Positions 47,200 through 51,759 of a DNA stretch of 51,759 nt are shown here, in pieces. The notes below the pieces were generated by a model. The model was not told the origin of the DNA, made no database searches, and worked only from the letters and a program-made list of their open reading frames with translations. Source of the DNA: a virus (Duplodnaviria; Caudoviricetes); the IMG/VR virus record IMGVR_UViG_3300020045_006775, positions 1-51,759 of that record; one strand, 5' to 3'. Both the position numbers and the translations under genes were made by a program. Position 1 is the first letter of the stretch. Each line of letters begins with the position of its first letter.

Positions 47200-47604
47200 T
47201 TAGAGCAGATCATCGTCATCAATTTCGAGGGCGAGCGCGTCGAGTGCTGCCATTGCGTCGATAGCGGGTGCCACGGGGGCGGGCTTGGCGGCGTTGGGGT
47301 TATCGGCTTGCGGGTCAGGGTCAACCCAGCCCGCGAATGGCGTCTGGGGCTGCAAATCATTGGCCTGCATAAATGCACAGCGGTAGAGTTTGTCAGCGTT
47401 GTACGTGATGTGTGACGGCTGCAGGTCCAGCATTTTTTGCAGATCAGCGCGTGAGTTAGCAAACAGCACGTACTCAATATTGATTTTGCTGTCATAGACC
47501 ATCGCGGCCATGCCCAGGTAGGTTGATGCACCGGGCGTTACAGCTGCGGCGGCTGTGCGCTGCAGGACTTGAGGGCGGATCGGTTGCACGTTCGTTGTTT
47601 TCAT
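47200..47604 (-). CDS. Hypothetical protein
   Basis: 134-aa ORF ending in 'IDDDDLL'. Confidence 0.7.
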   Translation of the reverse strand: MKTTNVQPIRPQVLQRTAAAAVTPGASTYLGMAAMVYDSKINIEYVLFANSRADLQKMLDLQPSHITYNADKLYRCAFMQANDLQPQTPFAGWVDPDPQADNPNAAKPAPVAPAIDAMAALDALALEIDDDDLL

Positions 47605-47623
47605 TTTCGGCTTTCGGAGTTGA

Positions 47624-48016
47624 TTATTTGCGCTTGAGAAGGTTCATTGGGACGGGCATAGATTGGGGCGTGCCCAGGGGCATCGGTGCGACGAATGCGC
47701 TAATTTGCGCAGCCGGGGCTGGTGCAGATGCACGGGCTGGCTGGACTGCTGGCTGTACAACAGTGCCTCTGACGCAATATCCAGCAGTCGCTGCTGCGCG
47801 CTGCATGCAATCGAGGTCGCGGCTCATGCCAGCGTATTCTGTGCATGCTGCGCCCACAGCGGCGGAAAACACCAGCGCAGTGATCAGACCTGCCTTTTCG
47901 AGGCGGCTGAAGCGGGGGGTAGGGGTGAGGGAGGGTTTGGTGAAATCGAGTGTGTCAGTCATGATATTGGGGCGGGGGTCGCTTATGTTTTGGGGCTGGT
48001 GGAAATTGAAAAGCAT
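47624..48016 (-). CDS. Hypothetical membrane-anchored protein
   Basis: One TM segment and a Pro/Ala-rich tail; start uncertain. Confidence 0.55.
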   Translation of the reverse strand: MLFNFHQPQNISDPRPNIMTDTLDFTKPSLTPTPRFSRLEKAGLITALVFSAAVGAACTEYAGMSRDLDCMQRAAATAGYCVRGTVVQPAVQPARASAPAPAAQISAFVAPMPLGTPQSMPVPMNLLKRK

Positions 48017-48026
48017 TTAGATAAAA

Positions 48027-48509
48027 CTATTTTGCCGCCGTGCGTGAGCCGCGAAAGCGGAAATGTGTGACACCGGCTTTGGCGCTCAGGTCAACGAATT
48101 GCAGGCACTCAATGCTGAGCCAAGCTGTTTCTGCGCCACCGGGCAGCGAATATTGAAACTCAGACGCCAGTTTGAGCTGTTTGTATGCAGCGGCGTCGTT
48201 GACTGAGTTCCAGGCGGGTTCTGCCGCCTGCATTGGCATTGCAGGGGCGACTGACACCAGCGGCGTATAAACTGCTGTGCGATCCGTGCCAGCGGTTGCG
48301 GGAATGCCCGAGAACGCGGCCAGCGCGCCTGCCAGGGAGCGGATTGCTGTCGATGATGCACTGGCGGCTTGTGTCGTCTTGGCGAACGCCTGGGCGGTGC
48401 CAGTGAGCGTTTGGGAACGGGTTGCGGCAACTGGAGCTGCGGGTTTGGCTGATACCAGGGCGCAGGCTTTACTGGCAATGCGGCTGATGAATGATGCTGG
48501 TGATTTCAT
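48027..48509 (-). CDS. Hypothetical protein
   Basis: AGGA RBS; first gene of the leftward cluster. Confidence 0.65.
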   Translation of the reverse strand: MKSPASFISRIASKACALVSAKPAAPVAATRSQTLTGTAQAFAKTTQAASASSTAIRSLAGALAAFSGIPATAGTDRTAVYTPLVSVAPAMPMQAAEPAWNSVNDAAAYKQLKLASEFQYSLPGGAETAWLSIECLQFVDLSAKAGVTHFRFRGSRTAAK

Positions 48510-48577
48510 GATTTCCTATCTGCCCTGATCCGGGCTTTTGATTGCTGAGAACTGTAGTATGCACCAGTTTTTGAGCG

Positions 48578-48596
48578 TTTCAACTGTTTGTTGAAA
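48578..48596. promoter_or_regulatory. Perfect operator dyad upstream of the leftward accessory operon
   Basis: TTTCAAC-TGTTT-GTTGAAA. Confidence 0.7.
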
Positions 48597-49001
48597 AATA
48601 AATTGTTTGTTGTCGAAATGGTACGTTTCGGGTGTTGTTTTTATGAGAATTCTGGCGTGTCTTTGGGCTGAGACTTCCCGGAATTCGGGCTGGCGTCATT
48701 GGGTAAATGCTGAAATCTGCCCAGGATTGGCTGGCCGAAAATCAAAAAAATTTTTTTCTCGAAATGGCCAGAAAAACTGGAATCGAACTGCGATTTCGTT
48801 GTTTTTGGCGAGGGGAACCGGCTCACTTGCCATAAATTAGGGATTTTTGACCCGCCCCTTTTCGGCCTTTGCCGGGGCTGGGAGAATTCTGTTTTCGGCC
48901 TGGCCGGGATTTGTGAACCGGAAATCAGCGATAGCTCTGGGCTACCGGCTTGCGGGAATCTATAGGGAAAAACTATCGAATACTTGGGCGGGCGTCAAGA
49001 T

Positions 49002-49078
49002 GTAAGTATCCTGTTACACGTGTAATATATTTGTAAAGGTCAAAAAAGGCGGTGGATACTAGGTTTTTGAGCTATACT
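49002..49078 (+). promoter_or_regulatory. GTAA-phased promoter
   Basis: GTAA/GTTA at 49002, 49013, 49022 and 49033, then 36 bp, then TATACT. Confidence 0.55.
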
Positions 49079-49146
49079 TGATGCATCAACCGGCAAAGAT
49101 GCTTGTTGACCAGGGCGTTTTGCCCGGAAAAACCTTAGGACTCAAA

Positions 49147-49632
49147 ATGACATACATCTGGACCGACCCCCAAGCCGGGCTTAGCAAAGCCCAAATCGAA
49201 ATTGACCATCACGCCCGCATTTTTGGAAGCTCATACTTAAGGCTTTCGCGGGGTGAACTCCAGGATTTTGTTGTTGCAATGCGTGACTATAAATATCAAC
49301 TGATGCGCGTCGGAGAAGACCCCGCATTTTTAGAGGGGGTTTTGCAACAATCAGAATCACTATGCATTGCGGCGGTAACGAAAAACCCGTGGGCGCTGGC
49401 ATATTGCAAAAATATGACTGAAAAAATTTGCATGATTGCGCTGATTGGTGACCCCGGAGTTGCGCGCTTGATCCCCGAAAAATCTATGACCGCCCCAATT
49501 GTTGATGTGATCGACGCCCGCAAAAAGGTGGAGGCGGCGGAACGTGAATACAACGACGCGGTCAATCGAAGCGTTTTGCAAATACCTGGACTGGCCGAAA
49601 TCCTCGGATTGACCGAAATGATTGATGACTGA
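49147..49632 (+). CDS. DUF4116-like helical repeat protein
   Basis: 'QSESLCIAAVTKNPWALAY' and 'MTEKICMIAL..DP.V..LI'; AGGA RBS. Confidence 0.7.
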   Translation: MTYIWTDPQAGLSKAQIEIDHHARIFGSSYLRLSRGELQDFVVAMRDYKYQLMRVGEDPAFLEGVLQQSESLCIAAVTKNPWALAYCKNMTEKICMIALIGDPGVARLIPEKSMTAPIVDVIDARKKVEAAEREYNDAVNRSVLQIPGLAEILGLTEMIDD

Positions 49633-49634
49633 AT

Positions 49635-49812
49635 TGTAAAAGATTGTAAAGACCTGAAAAACCCCGAAAATGCTTAGTTTTTGGGTTATACTAAAGGCTA
49701 AGGCGGGCTGATGAGTAAAGCGGCTCTTACCGGGCCGCATCTTAGATAATCTTGGATTTACCAGGGCTATCTAAGATGCTGATTTAGCATCATTTCAATC
49801 AATTTTTTAGGA
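49635..49812 (+). repeat. Intergenic promoter/structured-leader repeat, copy 1
   Basis: Close direct repeat of 50193-50372. Confidence 0.9.
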
Positions 49813-49819
49813 AATCAAA

Positions 49820-50188
49820 ATGGCAAAAATTATCAACGCGGTTAACAATATGAGCATGCATGCAATCATTGCGGAACATGGACTTGTTAGCGTCAACCGT
49901 GACGAACTTGGTGATGCGCTGGCCGGGGTGAATGATCGTGGTATAGCATACTCATTAGAGTTTTTTAGAGCGTCGAAAACAACGCTAGTTGTGCCCGGCG
50001 TCGAATTTACCGCAAATGCGGTTAAAAAAATCAATGCCGCCGTGATTTCGGCGGGTTGCAAGAGCGCTCATGACGCGCTTACTGTTGTACTCAAAATGGT
50101 TAAACCCGGTGATGGCGTTACTTTTTTCGACGCGGGAAAGGTTGATACATACAAAATGCTCATCAACGGAAGGCTTGACTGGTCATAA
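49820..50188 (+). CDS. Hypothetical protein
   Basis: AGGA RBS at the end of repeat copy 1. Confidence 0.75.
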   Translation: MAKIINAVNNMSMHAIIAEHGLVSVNRDELGDALAGVNDRGIAYSLEFFRASKTTLVVPGVEFTANAVKKINAAVISAGCKSAHDALTVVLKMVKPGDGVTFFDAGKVDTYKMLINGRLDWS

Positions 50189-50192
50189 TAGA

Positions 50193-50372
50193 TGTAAAAG
50201 ATTGTAAAGACACGAAAAACCCCGAAAATACTTAGTTTTTGGGTTATACTAGAGGCTAAGGCGGGGGGATAGGAAAAGAGGCTCTTACCGGGCCGCATCT
50301 TAGATAGTCAAGGGCTTACCAGGGCTATCTAAGATGCTGATTTAGCATCATTTTTCAATCAATTTTTTAGGA
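50193..50372 (+). repeat. Intergenic promoter/structured-leader repeat, copy 2
   Basis: Close direct repeat of 49635-49812. Confidence 0.9.
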
Positions 50373-50380
50373 TAATCATC

Positions 50381-50896
50381 ATGGCTACTCAAAAATTTTA
50401 CGCCGCTTTTGACATCACCCGCGAAAGCGCCATTGACGCGGGTTACATTTTTGGATCAGGCGTTGATGCAATCAGCGCAAAAGTTGACGCCGCTGGCCGG
50501 GATTATGGTAGCAAAAACGTCGATGATTATGTTGTTGCAAGGATGGCCGTTGACCTGGCTACCAGCGTTGATGCAAGCGGGGGCGCTGGGAATTTGGGTT
50601 ACGTCATCATTCAGCCGGGCATTATTGGATCATTTTCCGATAAGGACCGGCATGACGATTTCACCGCCTCTTTGGAAAAATCATCATCAAATCCAGCGGC
50701 GGTTTATGTTTTCCGTGATGTTTTTGATGATCAATTGCGTCATATCGCAACAATCACTGGAAAAAATGAACGTGTGTGCATGACCGAGGCTATGCGCCGC
50801 TATCCTGGAATTGATTACCTGATTTCCGTCGATGATATTTCCGGGGCGGATTCAATGCTCAAAACCTCCAGCCGCTCAATTATGATCAACCTCTAA
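50381..50896 (+). CDS. Hypothetical protein
   Basis: AGGA RBS at the end of repeat copy 2. Confidence 0.75.
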   Translation: MATQKFYAAFDITRESAIDAGYIFGSGVDAISAKVDAAGRDYGSKNVDDYVVARMAVDLATSVDASGGAGNLGYVIIQPGIIGSFSDKDRHDDFTASLEKSSSNPAAVYVFRDVFDDQLRHIATITGKNERVCMTEAMRRYPGIDYLISVDDISGADSMLKTSSRSIMINL

Positions 50897-50903
50897 TTTT
50901 CTT

Positions 50904-50984
50904 GCGGCTCTTACCGGGGCCGCATCTTAAATAGCCTGATCGACGGGTTATTTAAGATGCAATCAAGCATCATTTTTTCAAGGA
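50904..50984 (+). repeat. Structured-leader repeat, copy 3 (hairpin part only)
   Basis: GCGGCTCTTACCGGGGCCGCATCTTAAATAG...TTATTTAAGATGC...GCATC. Confidence 0.85.
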
Positions 50985-50989
50985 TTTTT

Positions 50990-51295
50990 ATGAGTGCTTT
51001 TAATGCAATTGGGGCGTTAACCTGGGTGTGGCCCGCCGCGCTTTATGAGGTTCAATTTCCGGGTATCGAATTCACCGCCGAAGAAAAAGCCGCGCTGGAT
51101 TCGCGGGCGGCTATCGGCATTGTTTTCCGCCTGGCGGCTATGATCAATGTATTTTATGGCGTTTACGCGCTGATCGAAAACGGGTCGATTGCAACGCTGA
51201 TCATAGCGTTGATTATTAGCGTGGTCTTTTGGATTGCTGTGCCAACCGAACCATCTAGCGTGATCAACGCTAGAATCAAAATGTTAGAATTTTAA
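50990..51295 (+). CDS. Hypothetical membrane protein
   Basis: Two TM segments; AAGGA RBS at the end of repeat copy 3. Confidence 0.7.
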   Translation: MSAFNAIGALTWVWPAALYEVQFPGIEFTAEEKAALDSRAAIGIVFRLAAMINVFYGVYALIENGSIATLIIALIISVVFWIAVPTEPSSVINARIKMLEF

Positions 51296-51316
51296 ACCGT
51301 TATTTTTGGAGCTATT

Positions 51317-51559
51317 ATGATTGATAAAAAACTGATTCAGAAAATCCTGGGCTATGCTCAAATGGGCGTGATGCCTTGCCACAATGTTGTTTATTCGGCG
51401 CTCCAGGGTGTTGACGCTGGTGCAATCAGGGGGGCGTTGATGGTGATTTTGGCCGGTGATCAACCTTCTGATGCTGCCCTTACCGCCGCCCGCGCTGAAC
51501 TTTTTGCGATTGAACACCACGCGCCTGAAATTCAACGGCGCTGGTTGACTACCGTCTAA
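51317..51559 (+). CDS. Hypothetical protein
   Basis: GGAG RBS; followed by a terminator. Confidence 0.7.
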   Translation: MIDKKLIQKILGYAQMGVMPCHNVVYSALQGVDAGAIRGALMVILAGDQPSDAALTAARAELFAIEHHAPEIQRRWLTTV

Positions 51560-51583
51560 GCGTCCAGCCCTCGATCTCACCAT

Positions 51584-51609
51584 AGCCCGCCTTACCAGCG
51601 GGCTTTTTT
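51584..51609 (+). terminator. Rho-independent terminator with CTTACCA loop
   Basis: AGCCCGC-CTTACCA-GCGGGCT-TTTTT. Confidence 0.85.
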
Positions 51610-51625
51610 ACGTCTGGTGTTTGTG

Positions 51626-51686
51626 ATGGTGAGCATGGTGAGCATGGTGAGCATGGTGAGCATGGTGATGGTGGATGGTGGATGGT
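51626..51686. repeat. Short tandem repeat with ATGGT(G) core
   Basis: (ATGGTGAGC)x4, ATGGTG, (ATGGTGG)x2, ATGGT. Confidence 0.9.
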
Positions 51687-51759
51687 CCCACGCTTGACCA
51701 GGCTCGGCTTCGCCCCGAATGCTATCAATATCATAGCGCCGAGGTTCTAGCGCTGGATT

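Noticed and set aside
49635-50984. Integron attC cassette array
   Set aside because: No RYYYAAC/GTTRRRY boxes bound the hairpins, and the integrase is P4-type rather than IntI.

Overview
The window is most or all of a temperate long-tailed (siphovirus-type) phage genome with Chi/Nazgul-like organisation. No host genes are visible. From left to right it carries: KilA-C and KilA-N genes; an Rz/Rz1-type spanin pair; a ~330-bp iteron palindrome (candidate origin); a primase-SF3 helicase and a Cro-like gene; a replication block (DUF2800 nuclease, DUF2815 SSB, family-B DNA polymerase, VRR-NUC, SNF2 helicase); two HTH regulators; an endolysin; an intact attP matching an initiator tRNA-Met 3' end; a P4-type integrase plus AlpA; lambda-type packaging and head genes; tail genes with a -1 frameshift chaperone and a transglycosylase-bearing tape measure; a holin; tail-fibre genes; and divergent clusters of small accessory genes. 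The most unusual signals are: (i) a short acidic 'D-D/N-L-L/I(-G)' motif at C-termini or inserted loops of about 10 unrelated proteins; (ii) a repeated, covarying three-hairpin leader with a CTTACC loop in front of successive accessory genes; (iii) a dispersed CAAC-N5-GTTG operator network that links three physically separated lysis loci; and (iv) a promoter class with helically phased GTAA repeats in place of a -35 box. All protein calls come from motifs and gene order read by eye; no database search was run.
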